DNA of 64,000 bases, from positions 3,375-67,374 of the forward strand of contig JAEWNB010000069.1 of NCBI GenBank assembly GCA_023392945.1, read 5' to 3'. The notes below the pieces were generated by a model. It did no database searches and had not been told where the DNA came from. It worked only from the letters and a program-made list of their open reading frames with translations. Origin of the DNA: Bacteroidota bacterium (GTDB taxonomy: Bacteria; Bacteroidota; Bacteroidia; Bacteroidales; WCHB1-69). The first letter of the stretch is position 1; each line of letters starts with the position of its first letter. The position numbers and the translations under genes are program-made. Below, in pieces: positions 18,474 to 28,444 of the stretch.

Positions 18474-18490
18474 GATCAATAGTATTGATC
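18474..18490. repeat. Perfect 8-1-8 palindrome GATCAATA-G-TATTGATC in the divergent intergenic region
   Basis: Read directly from the sequence. It lies between the LytS/LytTR operon and the small secreted-protein gene. Confidence 0.9.
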
Positions 18491-18603
18491 TTGTTAAAAT
18501 GAAATGTCAGAAACCGCTTAAAGAAAAATGCAACCATTAGTCGAATAATTCTTTTTTATTTTGAGAGATAGCCCTTATTTTGCCACAACAAAAAAATAAT
18601 AAT

Positions 18604-18948
18604 ATGAAAACACTATTTTTATCCATGCTGTTGCTGTTGTCTTTTTCACTTTCAGCAAAAAAAACAGAAATTAATCCTCAAAATTGGGATAAATTCTATC
18701 AATTTAAAATTGATTCAAGAATTGAAATTCTACTAAATAACAATTTACGTGAACACAGATTGTTCAATTCGGATAAAGAATATAATTCGATTTCTTTACC
18801 CAATGCTACTGATATGCAGAATAAGGTAGAAAATGATAAAAGTGTTTCAAAATCCATTATGAAGTATTATATGATTTCATTTAATAAAAATGCTTGTCCT
18901 GAATATTTCATACCTAGGGAATTTCATAAATATACTAATGTAAAATAG
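18604..18948 (+). CDS. Hypothetical small secreted protein
   Basis: The ORF track starts at a TTG (18580). The internal ATG at 18604 gives MKTLFLSMLLLLSFSLSAKK, a clean signal peptide. I recognised no other motifs. Confidence 0.5.
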   Translation: MKTLFLSMLLLLSFSLSAKKTEINPQNWDKFYQFKIDSRIEILLNNNLREHRLFNSDKEYNSISLPNATDMQNKVENDKSVSKSIMKYYMISFNKNACPEYFIPREFHKYTNVK

Positions 18949-19032
18949 GAATTTGTCAAGTGACAATTCAGGCATTACTATTTTACATAAAGATTACAAA
19001 TAATTTTATTAACATAATTAACTTATCAAACA

Positions 19033-22029
19033 ATGAGAAGAAATAGAAAAAACTGTAAAATTGCTGTTTGTTTTTTTACGACACTATTATTAGTTACAAT
19101 CTCTTTTACAATGAACGGATTCGGTCAAACCACAACCCATGGCTTCAAACTATTAGAAAAGCGTTTTATTAAAGAAGTCAATTCTGAATGTTACTATTAC
19201 GAACACGTTAAAAGCGGTGCTAAACTTTTAAAAATTGCAAATCAGGACGAGAATAAAACTTTTGCAATTGCATTCAAAACATTACCTAATTCCGATAATG
19301 GAGTTGCGCATATTATTGAGCATTCCGTTTTGAACGGTTCTACCAATTTCCCGGTAAAAAGTCCCTTTGATATTTTATCAAAAGGTTCTTTAAATACTTT
19401 TCTTAATGCCATGACTTCCAGGGATGTAACTGAGTATCCTGTAGCCAGTCTGAATGACAAAGACTATTTCAATCTGATGCATGTATATTTGGATGCCGTA
19501 TTAAATCCCCTTATCTATTCAGATCCACGAATATTAAAACAGGAAGGATGGCATTATGAACTCACCTCCAAAGAGGCTCCCCTGACTTACAAAGGTGTTG
19601 TTTATAACGAAATGAAAGGAGCTTTTTCCAATCCACAACGACTACTTCTCTATTACAATCTGAAAAGCCTTTTCCCGGATAATGCTATCGGAAAAGAATC
19701 AGGAGGAGTTCCAGCTTCAATTGTAACCTTAACTCAAAAAGAGTTTACTGATTTTCATAAAACATATTATCATCCAAGCAATTGCATTATTATGCTATAC
19801 GGGAATGCTGACATGGACAAAGAACTAGCCTTTATCGACTCCTATTACCTGTCCAAATATTCAAAAGATAATTCGCTGACAAAACTGGAAGATCAAAAGC
19901 CTTTCACAGCCATGCAACAGACGCATAATTATTATCCGATAGTGGAAGGAACTCCTGTCGATAACCAGACTTTTATTACCCTAAATTTTGCTGCCGGCAG
20001 CAATACAGACTATGCTTTGGTATATGCATTAAATATTCTTTGTGAAGTTTTGGTAAACCAAGAATCTGCACCGGTAAAAAATGCTTTGTTAAAAGAAGGA
20101 ATTGGTCAAGATGTGGCTGCATATCCTATAGATTTTAAACAAAATGCTCTCACAATAATGCTTCAGAATGCCAATCCGAAAGACCAAAATAAATTTAAAG
20201 AAATTGTTTTCAGGACACTAAAAGAAGAATTAAAAAAGGGAATTGATAAAAAAGAAATTGAAGCTGTTTTAAACAGAATGGAATTCAATATCAGAGAAGG
20301 AAGTGATGCGCAAAAAGGAATAACCTATTTCTCACAGATTAAACCGGGATGGATGTATGCAGACAATCCATTTATGGGATTGGAATATGAAAAAATTCTG
20401 GAAACTTTGAAAAAGGGATTACAAAGTAACTATTATGAAAACATTGTTAATCAATATATTCTTGATAATAAACATGCCTCTTTGGTTGTTTTGGAACCGA
20501 AACCGGGCATGGAAAATGAGGTGAATAGTGCCATTGAAAAAGAACTTGAACAATATAAATCTACTTTGTCAGAGTCACAAATAGAGAGTTTAGTTAAAGA
20601 AACACAAGAACTGATTGCCTATCAAAATGAGGAAGACTCTCCCGAAGATATGGCAAAAGTTCCGATGCTTTCTATCTCAGACATAAATCCAAAAGCAACT
20701 TATTATCAATGTGACGAAAAAAAGATTGGAAACACTAAAGTACTCCATTACAATGAGTTTGCAAATAACATCATTTATTCTAATCTCTTGTTCAATATGA
20801 AAACATTGCCACAGGAGCTGATTCCATACGCATCTCTCTTATCAAATGTTTTAGGTATTTTAAATACTCAAAACTATTCCTATGGAGAATTAAACCGTGA
20901 ACTCAATAATCAGACAGGTAATTTCAATACTTCATTAAGAACCTATTTAGAAAACAACGATGATACTAAAATGCTACCATACTTTATTTTATCATCAAAA
21001 ATAATAAATAATAAATGCGACAAGATGTTTGATCTGGCAATTGAAGTTTTGCTAAAATCTAACATATCCGATACCGCACGGTTAAAAGAAGTAATCATGC
21101 GTCATCTCGTAGAACTTGAGTCATTTATCAATAATGGATATGCAGTAGCAACATTAAGAGCAGCATCTTATTTTACCAATCAGGGAGTTTTTAATGACTT
21201 GACATCAGGGCTGGACTACTATCGCTTTGTAAACGCATTAGGGAAAGACATAGACAAGAATATGCCCTTGATTGTTGAAAATCTGAAGGAAACCGCCAAG
21301 CTACTCTTTTCAAAAGAGAATATGATGATTGCTGTCACTTGCAGCAACCCTGATTATTCAATTTATTCAACTTCTCTCAAATCGTTTATGGATAAATTAC
21401 CTGCTGCAACGCCGGATTATCAAAAATGGACATTCCAACTAAATAACAAAAATGAAGGAATCCAATCAGCATCTAAAGTACAGTATGTTATTTCCGGTTA
21501 TGATTTTAAAAAACTCGGATATAACTGGGATGGAAAAATGAGAGTATTATCACAAATTATTTCCACCGACTGGCTTAAGAATCAAATTCGGGTAATAGGA
21601 GGAGCATACGGTGGATTCTGCAACTTTTCCCCAAATGGCACCGTAACCTTTAACTCCTACCGAGACCCGAATCTTGTAAATACTCTTGAAACCTATAAAA
21701 AAACCACTGATTATCTATCTTCATTCAATGCTGACCAAGAAGCCATGACACGTTATATCATTGGAACAATTGCCAACTTAGACGTTCCTCAAACAATAGA
21801 GCAAAAAGGAATGGCCTCGTTTATTTATTACATGTCTAATCGTTCTGAAGCAGATTTGCAAAAAGACCGCACCGCTATATTGAATACCACTGCAGCCGAC
21901 ATTCGTTCTTATGCAGGATTTGTAAATAACATTATCGGTCAGGATTCCTACTGCGTTTATGGCAACAGCGACCAGCTTTTAAAAGACAAGGCAGTATTTA
22001 AGAATATATTCAATATCAAAGAAAAATAA
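19033..22029 (+). CDS. M16C-family (PreP/presequence-protease-like) zinc peptidase
   Basis: 998 aa with the HxxEH motif in VAHIIEHSVLNGS near the N-terminus, YNEMKG downstream and a four-domain length typical of M16C. An N-terminal hydrophobic segment suggests export. Confidence 0.88.
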   Translation: MRRNRKNCKIAVCFFTTLLLVTISFTMNGFGQTTTHGFKLLEKRFIKEVNSECYYYEHVKSGAKLLKIANQDENKTFAIAFKTLPNSDNGVAHIIEHSVLNGSTNFPVKSPFDILSKGSLNTFLNAMTSRDVTEYPVASLNDKDYFNLMHVYLDAVLNPLIYSDPRILKQEGWHYELTSKEAPLTYKGVVYNEMKGAFSNPQRLLLYYNLKSLFPDNAIGKESGGVPASIVTLTQKEFTDFHKTYYHPSNCIIMLYGNADMDKELAFIDSYYLSKYSKDNSLTKLEDQKPFTAMQQTHNYYPIVEGTPVDNQTFITLNFAAGSNTDYALVYALNILCEVLVNQESAPVKNALLKEGIGQDVAAYPIDFKQNALTIMLQNANPKDQNKFKEIVFRTLKEELKKGIDKKEIEAVLNRMEFNIREGSDAQKGITYFSQIKPGWMYADNPFMGLEYEKILETLKKGLQSNYYENIVNQYILDNKHASLVVLEPKPGMENEVNSAIEKELEQYKSTLSESQIESLVKETQELIAYQNEEDSPEDMAKVPMLSISDINPKATYYQCDEKKIGNTKVLHYNEFANNIIYSNLLFNMKTLPQELIPYASLLSNVLGILNTQNYSYGELNRELNNQTGNFNTSLRTYLENNDDTKMLPYFILSSKIINNKCDKMFDLAIEVLLKSNISDTARLKEVIMRHLVELESFINNGYAVATLRAASYFTNQGVFNDLTSGLDYYRFVNALGKDIDKNMPLIVENLKETAKLLFSKENMMIAVTCSNPDYSIYSTSLKSFMDKLPAATPDYQKWTFQLNNKNEGIQSASKVQYVISGYDFKKLGYNWDGKMRVLSQIISTDWLKNQIRVIGGAYGGFCNFSPNGTVTFNSYRDPNLVNTLETYKKTTDYLSSFNADQEAMTRYIIGTIANLDVPQTIEQKGMASFIYYMSNRSEADLQKDRTAILNTTAADIRSYAGFVNNIIGQDSYCVYGNSDQLLKDKAVFKNIFNIKEK

Positions 22030-22138
22030 TCATCAAAAGGCTATTTGGTAAAGTATAAAGAAATGAAAAAAGTTGATTATTAACTAAACAAGGATTTGAG
22101 GGACATTTCCCTTTTATCATAGTATTATTATTTTGGTT

Positions 22139-22168
22139 AAGCCACCTCTCATAAGGGTGGCTTTTTAA
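22139..22168 (+). terminator. Intrinsic terminator after the M16C gene
   Basis: AAGCCACC-TCTCATAAG-GGTGGCTT followed by a T run. Confidence 0.75.
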
Positions 22169-22285
22169 TATTTTATTATCTTTAAAATCAGATCATTATC
22201 ATCATTTTCAATAAAAATACGACTCAAATTTGATCATAGAAAGCAGGCTAAGATTATGTTTTGTTTCCACAATTTGGATTTTTCA

Positions 22286-22293
22286 TACTTTTG
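22286..22293 (+). promoter_or_regulatory. -7 box for rlmH
   Basis: TACTTTTG lies 28 nt upstream of the ATG at 22322. Confidence 0.45.
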
Positions 22294-22321
22294 CAGCAGT
22301 TAAAAAAAGGAAGAAAAAGAG

Positions 22322-22795
22322 ATGAAAATCAGGTTAATTTTTATCGGCAAACAAGAGTCGGATGTTTTTCATGAAGCAGTGGAGCAATACATTAAAAAAA
22401 TCAGATTTTATATTCCTTATGAAACCATAGCGATTCCTTACCTTAAAAACAGCAAGTCAATAACTTTTGAAGAACAGAAGAAAAAGGAGGGAGAACTGAT
22501 TCTGAAAAAGATTGATCAGGGAGATTTTGTAGTATTATTGGATGAACATGGGAGAGAGCACACCTCGGTGGAATTTTCAGAATTTATTCAGCAAAAGAAC
22601 AACTGCGGTATCAAAAATCTTGTTTTCATCATTGGTGGGGCGTATGGATTTTCAGATGACTTGCAAAAAAGGCAAAATTATGCTCTTTCCTTATCAAAAA
22701 TGACTTTTCCTCATATAATGACACGACTTATTTTTGCAGAACAACTATATCGGGCATTTACTATCCTAAAAAACGAGCCCTATCATCACGAATAA
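22322..22795 (+). CDS. rlmH: 23S rRNA (pseudouridine1915-N3)-methyltransferase RlmH
   Basis: 157 aa of SPOUT fold, with LDEHGREHTSVEFSEFI...FIIGGAYGFSD...LSLSKMTFPHIMTRLIFAEQLYRAFTILKNEPYH. Confidence 0.93.
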   Translation: MKIRLIFIGKQESDVFHEAVEQYIKKIRFYIPYETIAIPYLKNSKSITFEEQKKKEGELILKKIDQGDFVVLLDEHGREHTSVEFSEFIQQKNNCGIKNLVFIIGGAYGFSDDLQKRQNYALSLSKMTFPHIMTRLIFAEQLYRAFTILKNEPYHHE

Positions 22796-22817
22796 GCTGG
22801 GTTTGATTAAAAAAGTG

Positions 22818-22825
22818 TACCTTTG
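22818..22825 (+). promoter_or_regulatory. -7 box for the MFS transporter gene
   Basis: TACCTTTG lies 24 nt upstream of the ATG at 22850. Confidence 0.45.
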
Positions 22826-22849
22826 CAATCCCTTAATACAGACAAATAG

Positions 22850-24061
22850 ATGACTCTGAATGAGAAAGTTATAGATAAACTATTGACGAAAAATTTCGTA
22901 TTTATTTGCATTGCAAATTTTATGTCAAGTTTTTCTTTTTATCTGTTAATGCCAACATTACCTTTTTATCTCATAGATAATCTGAACACCAATAATACAA
23001 TGGTAGGGTTTGTATTATCTTGTTTTACTATTGCCGTATTATTTGTCAGACCTTTTTCGGGTTTTCTGGCTGATACTTTTTCACGAAGGCCCATATATCT
23101 CATTGCCTACTTTTTATTTTCATCGATATTTGTAGGATATCTGCTTGCAGGCACCCTTACCCTATTCATCATGTTCAGGGTCTTTCATGGATTTGCATTC
23201 GGAACACTTTCTACCACAGGAAATACGCTTGTCATTGACATTATGCCGGCATCGCGGCGAGGAGAAGGATTGGGATATTATGGGGTAACCAGCAATTTGG
23301 CAATGGCTACCGGACCGATGGTGGGTCTTTTATTAAAAGACAATGTTGATTTTGATTGGATTTTTTTAAGTTCTATTTTTTCCGGTGTAATTGGGTTTTT
23401 CTTTGCATACCTTGTGAAAGCACCAAAAAAAATTTGTCAAAAAAAGCAGCCTCTTTCTTTAGACCGATTTTTTTTACAAAAAGGCATTCCTGCAGGCATT
23501 GTATTTGCTCTTATTGCAGTACCATACGCCATGACGACTTCTTATATTGCTCTTTCAGCACAAGAATACGGGATGCAAACAAATAGCGGTATTTTCTTTT
23601 CAATTATGGCCGTTGGCATGATTCTCTCAAGAGTCACCTCCGGAAAAAGGGTAGATAAAGGGTATATAATTCAGGGAATTACCAAAGGAATTGCATTGAG
23701 TCTTTGCGGATTTATTGGAGAAGTTTTTCTTGAACCCACTTTTCTATGGGATCAGACAGTAGGAACGGTTTTATTTTACGTTATTCCTATTTTTATCGGG
23801 TACGGCTATGGGACCATTTTTCCAGCCTTAAATTCTCTTTTTTTAAATCTGGCTCATAACAACCGAAGGGCTACTGCAAATTCCACCTATCTGACAAGCT
23901 GGGACATTGGCATGGGTGCAGGTGTATATTTAGGAGGTTATTTATCAGAGATACGAGGTTTTTCATTTTCCTATTTAGCAGGAACTTTGCTGGCGCTACT
24001 TTCCTTTGGAATTTTTGTAAGAATAGTCATTCCACATTTCAACAAAAACAAGCTCAGGTAA
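22850..24061 (+). CDS. MFS transporter
   Basis: 403 aa and about 12 TM segments. The MFS loop motif is LADTFSRRPIYL. The substrate is not inferable. Confidence 0.85.
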   Translation: MTLNEKVIDKLLTKNFVFICIANFMSSFSFYLLMPTLPFYLIDNLNTNNTMVGFVLSCFTIAVLFVRPFSGFLADTFSRRPIYLIAYFLFSSIFVGYLLAGTLTLFIMFRVFHGFAFGTLSTTGNTLVIDIMPASRRGEGLGYYGVTSNLAMATGPMVGLLLKDNVDFDWIFLSSIFSGVIGFFFAYLVKAPKKICQKKQPLSLDRFFLQKGIPAGIVFALIAVPYAMTTSYIALSAQEYGMQTNSGIFFSIMAVGMILSRVTSGKRVDKGYIIQGITKGIALSLCGFIGEVFLEPTFLWDQTVGTVLFYVIPIFIGYGYGTIFPALNSLFLNLAHNNRRATANSTYLTSWDIGMGAGVYLGGYLSEIRGFSFSYLAGTLLALLSFGIFVRIVIPHFNKNKLR

Positions 24062-24162
24062 AGTATAATTTCACGTCACTTCAAACATTAATTATATAAA
24101 ATATTTTTATTCAAATAAATATAAAAAAAACAAGTATACTATTGATGTATGACAAATTTTTG

Positions 24163-24170
24163 TATTTTTG
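24163..24170 (+). promoter_or_regulatory. -7 box for the C10 peptidase gene
   Basis: TATTTTTG lies 40 nt upstream of the ATG at 24211. Confidence 0.45.
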
Positions 24171-24210
24171 CTCACTTTAATATGAAAAAATAATTTTAAA
24201 CATAATCATT

Positions 24211-26445
24211 ATGAAAAAAGCTATCCTTTTAATTTTCTTTCTTTCGCTCGTGGCATTTACTTTTTCTACTAATATTGTTCCTTCAGATGACGCTCAAAGA
24301 GTTGCCAAAAATTTCATTTCAGAAAGATGTGGCAATTATTCATTAACTGAATCTGATTTTACTTTACAATATACAGAAACAGATGCAAACGGGGAGGCGG
24401 TATATTATCGTTTTAAAATTGGGAACAAGGGATTTATCATTATCTCTGCCACAAATTTGGTTACACCTGTTTTGGCATATTCATTAGAATCAGATTATTA
24501 CGGTCACAGTTCTACCGAATTTATTACGGAAAAATACAAAAACCAAATTGAATTTGTAAAAGCTCATCCTGCAGAAGCTATTCCGGCAATGAAAATGTGG
24601 AAACATTATGGTGCTGAAAATTTTGTTGCTTCATCAAGAAAAGTTCTTAATGCAGTAGAACCATTGGTTACCACCACTTGGGATCAGGTTCAATACTATA
24701 ATAACTATTGCCCTTACAATCCTGAATCTACTACAGATTACAGAGTTCCCGTTGGTTGTGTTGCTCTGACCATGATCAATCTCATGAATTACTACCGTTA
24801 TCCTACTTCAGGAATAGGTGGCGTGTCATACATTCCAAGAGACTATGATGATGAAACCGGTGAATTGCTTTATACTTATCCGCGTCAGACTGTTAATTTT
24901 GCTAATCAAACATACAATTATGACGCTATGAGCAATAGCCTAAACACCTTTGAAGGCGAGTTTGCAAAATTAGTATATCATTGCGGTGTTTCAGTACAAA
25001 TGGGTTATGGTGTTGACGGTTCCGGTGCTCAAAGTGCAGAAGCACTTAATGCTCTGAAAACTTATTGGAAATATTCCTTAAAAGGAGCCTTAAAACCTAT
25101 ATCAGAATCTGCAGCATATGCTGATTGGGCAAATATTATTAAATCGGAACTTGATGCACATCGTCCGGTTTATTATTCGGGAAATAGTAGCCTTGGTGGT
25201 GGTCATGCTTGGATAATGGACGGATACATTGATGTTGATGCTACTACTACCTATTTCCACGTTAATTGGGGATGGGGTGGTTATGACAATGGTTTCTTCC
25301 TTATTGACAATTTAAATACCTCAACAACAGGAGAATACAGCAATGATGAACAAGCTTTTGTTGATGTTTATCCTGCCGATTCACTTGCCATTGTGAAACC
25401 TGACTCAAGTTATACAAGAAATACTGCTTCCATTGGAAGTATTTGTGATGGTGCAGGAAACGTTAAATATGCCAACAACTCATACCGTCAATGGATGATT
25501 GCAGCTCCTAATGCAGCTTCTTATACTTTTACTTTCTCAAAAATTAAAACGGAAGAAAATCACGATTATATCACAATTTATAACGGTCCAACTGTTGCCT
25601 CTGGAATAAAAGCCAAATATTCAGGAAATTACCTCATGCCTGCCTGTACAGATTATTCAGGTGCTACAGGTAGTCACCATGCAGATTACACAGGGACAGC
25701 ACTCCCATCTTCTGTAACTGTTAATGCTGATAGTGTCTTAGTGGTTTTTGAATCAGATAATAATGATGTCAATGACTATGGTTTTCTTATCAACTATACT
25801 ACCTCTTTTTCCTCCACTCCAACTTGTGCTTCAATGACCATGCTCAATACTCAATCTCATTATGTTATTAGTGATAAACAACCCAGCGATGAAGGGAATT
25901 ATCGTGCTCAAACCTATTGTCAATGGAAACTTCAGCCTACTTTCATCCAAGGTTTTGCCTTTGCTTTCACAAAATTTGAACTCAAAGCCGGTGATTTTGT
26001 AGATATTTTTGACAATACCATCACATCAAAGCCAGAATTATTATGGAGATTTGATATCAATAATTTCCCAGCAAATGTTTATAATACAAGCTGTACCAAA
26101 TTATTGGTTAAGTTTGTTTCTGATAACTGGATTGAAGGCGATGGCTTTGACCTTGAATATTACACTATTTTAGGTATTGATAATCAAAGCGGTATTAGTG
26201 ATATTACACTTTACCCCAATCCATCTTCCAATAACATATATATTGATTTGACAGCAGAAGAAGCTGGAGATATTCAGTTTAGAATTTTTGATATGACCGG
26301 GAAATTGATTCAACAGGAAACTGTTAGCCATAATGGAGGAAGTCTTCATTATCAGACCAACGTAAATGATCTTGCTAAGGGTATCTATATTATGCGTATT
26401 CAAACAAATAATGGAGAATCTATTCGCAAATTCATTGTTGAATAA
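24211..26445 (+). CDS. C10-family (streptopain/PrtT-like) cysteine peptidase with C-terminal CUB-like modules and a T9SS type A sorting domain
   Basis: 744 aa with a signal peptide and an N-terminal propeptide-like region. It has TTWDQVQYYNNYCP and the catalytic Cys context PVGCVALTMINLMNY, and the catalytic His context GGGHAWIMDGY...HVNWGWGG. The CTD is LYPNPSSNNIYIDL...GIYIMRIQTNNGESIRKFIVE. Confidence 0.88.
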   Translation: MKKAILLIFFLSLVAFTFSTNIVPSDDAQRVAKNFISERCGNYSLTESDFTLQYTETDANGEAVYYRFKIGNKGFIIISATNLVTPVLAYSLESDYYGHSSTEFITEKYKNQIEFVKAHPAEAIPAMKMWKHYGAENFVASSRKVLNAVEPLVTTTWDQVQYYNNYCPYNPESTTDYRVPVGCVALTMINLMNYYRYPTSGIGGVSYIPRDYDDETGELLYTYPRQTVNFANQTYNYDAMSNSLNTFEGEFAKLVYHCGVSVQMGYGVDGSGAQSAEALNALKTYWKYSLKGALKPISESAAYADWANIIKSELDAHRPVYYSGNSSLGGGHAWIMDGYIDVDATTTYFHVNWGWGGYDNGFFLIDNLNTSTTGEYSNDEQAFVDVYPADSLAIVKPDSSYTRNTASIGSICDGAGNVKYANNSYRQWMIAAPNAASYTFTFSKIKTEENHDYITIYNGPTVASGIKAKYSGNYLMPACTDYSGATGSHHADYTGTALPSSVTVNADSVLVVFESDNNDVNDYGFLINYTTSFSSTPTCASMTMLNTQSHYVISDKQPSDEGNYRAQTYCQWKLQPTFIQGFAFAFTKFELKAGDFVDIFDNTITSKPELLWRFDINNFPANVYNTSCTKLLVKFVSDNWIEGDGFDLEYYTILGIDNQSGISDITLYPNPSSNNIYIDLTAEEAGDIQFRIFDMTGKLIQQETVSHNGGSLHYQTNVNDLAKGIYIMRIQTNNGESIRKFIVE

Positions 26446-26466
26446 TATTGTTTGTATCTTTTTATA

Positions 26467-26497
26467 AAGCGGGAAAATAAATTCCCGCTTTTTTTAT
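26467..26497 (+). terminator. Intrinsic terminator after the C10 peptidase gene
   Basis: AGCGGGAA-AATAA-ATTCCCGCT followed by T7. Confidence 0.8.
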
Positions 26498-26515
26498 GGT
26501 ATGATAAAATTAATG

Positions 26516-26523
26516 TATTTTTG
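26516..26523 (+). promoter_or_regulatory. -7 box for udk
   Basis: TATTTTTG lies 22 nt upstream of the ATG at 26546. Confidence 0.45.
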
Positions 26524-26545
26524 TTGAAATTAAAAGTATAACATT

Positions 26546-27169
26546 ATGCTAGTTATTGGTATTGCAGGTGGTTCCGGATCAGGCAAAACTTCTGTTGTCA
26601 ATAAAATTATCAAAAGTCTCCCAAAAGATAAAGTCAGTGTTTTATCACAAGACGCTTATTACAAAGATAATGGCGATTTGACACAGGAAGAGCGAGACAA
26701 AATCAATTTCGATCATCCCTCTTCCATAGAATTTTCACTTTTAATTAAAAATATTGAATCCCTTGTATCCGGAAAGTCGATTCAGATGCCTACATATTCT
26801 TACATTACCTGTCGGCGGGGCAAAGAGACCATTCCGGTAATGCCATGCGAAGTCTTAATTGTAGAGGGAATATTAATATTTACTGAGAAAAAATTACGAG
26901 ATTTACTGGATCTCAAAGTCTTTGTTGATACCGATTCGGATGACCGCATCATCAGGATTATTCAAAGGGACGTTAACGAACGCGGACGGGGATTGGATAA
27001 ATCAATTCGTCATTATGAAACATTTGTAAAGCCCATGCATGTAACTTTTATTGAGCCTACAAAACAATTTGCCGATATTATCATCCCGGTGGGTGGGCAT
27101 AATGATAAAGGAATAGACATCGTGACCTCAAAAATTAAACAGACAATAGGAATTTCCTCGAACCATTAA
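26546..27169 (+). CDS. udk: Uridine kinase
   Basis: 207 aa with the P-loop GIAGGSGSGKTS, plus NFDHPSSIEF and VDTDSDDRIIRIIQRDVNERGR. Confidence 0.93.
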   Translation: MLVIGIAGGSGSGKTSVVNKIIKSLPKDKVSVLSQDAYYKDNGDLTQEERDKINFDHPSSIEFSLLIKNIESLVSGKSIQMPTYSYITCRRGKETIPVMPCEVLIVEGILIFTEKKLRDLLDLKVFVDTDSDDRIIRIIQRDVNERGRGLDKSIRHYETFVKPMHVTFIEPTKQFADIIIPVGGHNDKGIDIVTSKIKQTIGISSNH

Positions 27170-28437
27170 GTTTTTTGTTTTTCTTTCTTGGCAGCAGGGA
27201 AAAGAACATTATTCAATATCAATCGATATCCCGGAGAATTGGGAAAAAGATTTAAATCGGTAGGTTGGTCATTAACAAAATGCTGATAATCTTCAGGATC
27301 GTGTCCTGAATAAAAAGTCCAGGTTCCCTTTCCATATTCTCCGTGAATATAGCGTGCCTCATCAAAGATTTTAGTTTCACCCATAACCAACACATAAGGC
27401 TTTAATTTACTTTTTCTGAATGCTGTAGTTTGTCCCATAAATCCCGGAATGACAGATTGGTGGTTTTGGCATAACATAGTAGGTACAGGATCCCATTTCG
27501 CTGAAAAATCAAAAAGAGTAAAATAGTCGTTTTTCTTATTTTTTATATGAATAGTAGGGTCAACATCAATATCAGAAATTTCATACTCATAGGGGTTCAG
27601 GCTTATTTTAAAATCAGTGAAAGCAAAAGTATTATTATAATTTAACTGTGACTGAGCATCAGCATCTATTGGGTCCCCGTCAAACATAGAAGCACAAATA
27701 TCAACCCCATCAGCAGCCAACGCCACATCATAACTATCAGGTCCGGAACACATGGCAAAAAGGTATCCTCCACCGGCCACAAAATCTCTAATACCTTTTG
27801 CAACGGCCAATTTTAATTCAGAAACTTTGGAAAATCCTAATTTTGCAGCCATTGTTTCGTTTTCCTTAACATCATTTATATACCAGATGGCATTTTTATA
27901 ACTACCCCAGAATTTCCCATACTGACCGGTAAAATCCTCATGATGAAGGTGTAGCCAATCATATTTAGGGAGCATCCCGGTAACAACTTCTTCATCATAA
28001 ATTATATCATACGGAATTTCAGCATAAGTAAGGACCAACGTCACAGCATCATCCCAAGGCAATTTGTTTTTAGGAGAATATACTGCAATTTTAGGAACTT
28101 TGGTTAACCTTATTTCATTCATATTATTTTCTAGAGAGGCAATTTCCTGCAATATAACAGAAGCCTGAACATCTGCAATCACCTGAAATGAAACATCTCT
28201 GATAACACATTCATCTTCAATGAGAGAGTTATAAGGTAACATGAAACTACCTCCCTGATAATTTAGCAACCAGCTCACATCGACTCCTTTACTTACTGCA
28301 AAATAGGCAATTCCATAGGCTTTAAGATGATTTTTTTGAGATAAATCCATTGGAATAAAAATATAAGAAGAGAAGGCTGTCGTTGAAAGCAATATCAGCA
28401 GAAATAGAAAAATAATACGTTTAAAAAAAGGCTTCAT
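27166..28437 (-). CDS. Secreted hypothetical protein, possibly a class-I glutamine-amidotransferase-like fold
   Basis: The track ORF (458 aa) overlaps the upstream ptb gene. The internal start at 28437 gives MKPFFKRIIFLFLLILLSTTAFS, a clean signal peptide, and 424 aa. The elements KIAVYSP..., WLHLHHEDFTG and GGGYLFAMCSGPD (a nucleophile-elbow-like G-x-C-x-G) suggest a GATase1/ThuA-like fold. This is weak and judged by eye only. Confidence 0.55.
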   Translation of the reverse strand: MKPFFKRIIFLFLLILLSTTAFSSYIFIPMDLSQKNHLKAYGIAYFAVSKGVDVSWLLNYQGGSFMLPYNSLIEDECVIRDVSFQVIADVQASVILQEIASLENNMNEIRLTKVPKIAVYSPKNKLPWDDAVTLVLTYAEIPYDIIYDEEVVTGMLPKYDWLHLHHEDFTGQYGKFWGSYKNAIWYINDVKENETMAAKLGFSKVSELKLAVAKGIRDFVAGGGYLFAMCSGPDSYDVALAADGVDICASMFDGDPIDADAQSQLNYNNTFAFTDFKISLNPYEYEISDIDVDPTIHIKNKKNDYFTLFDFSAKWDPVPTMLCQNHQSVIPGFMGQTTAFRKSKLKPYVLVMGETKIFDEARYIHGEYGKGTWTFYSGHDPEDYQHFVNDQPTDLNLFPNSPGYRLILNNVLFPAAKKEKQKT

Positions 28438-28444
28438 TATAAAT

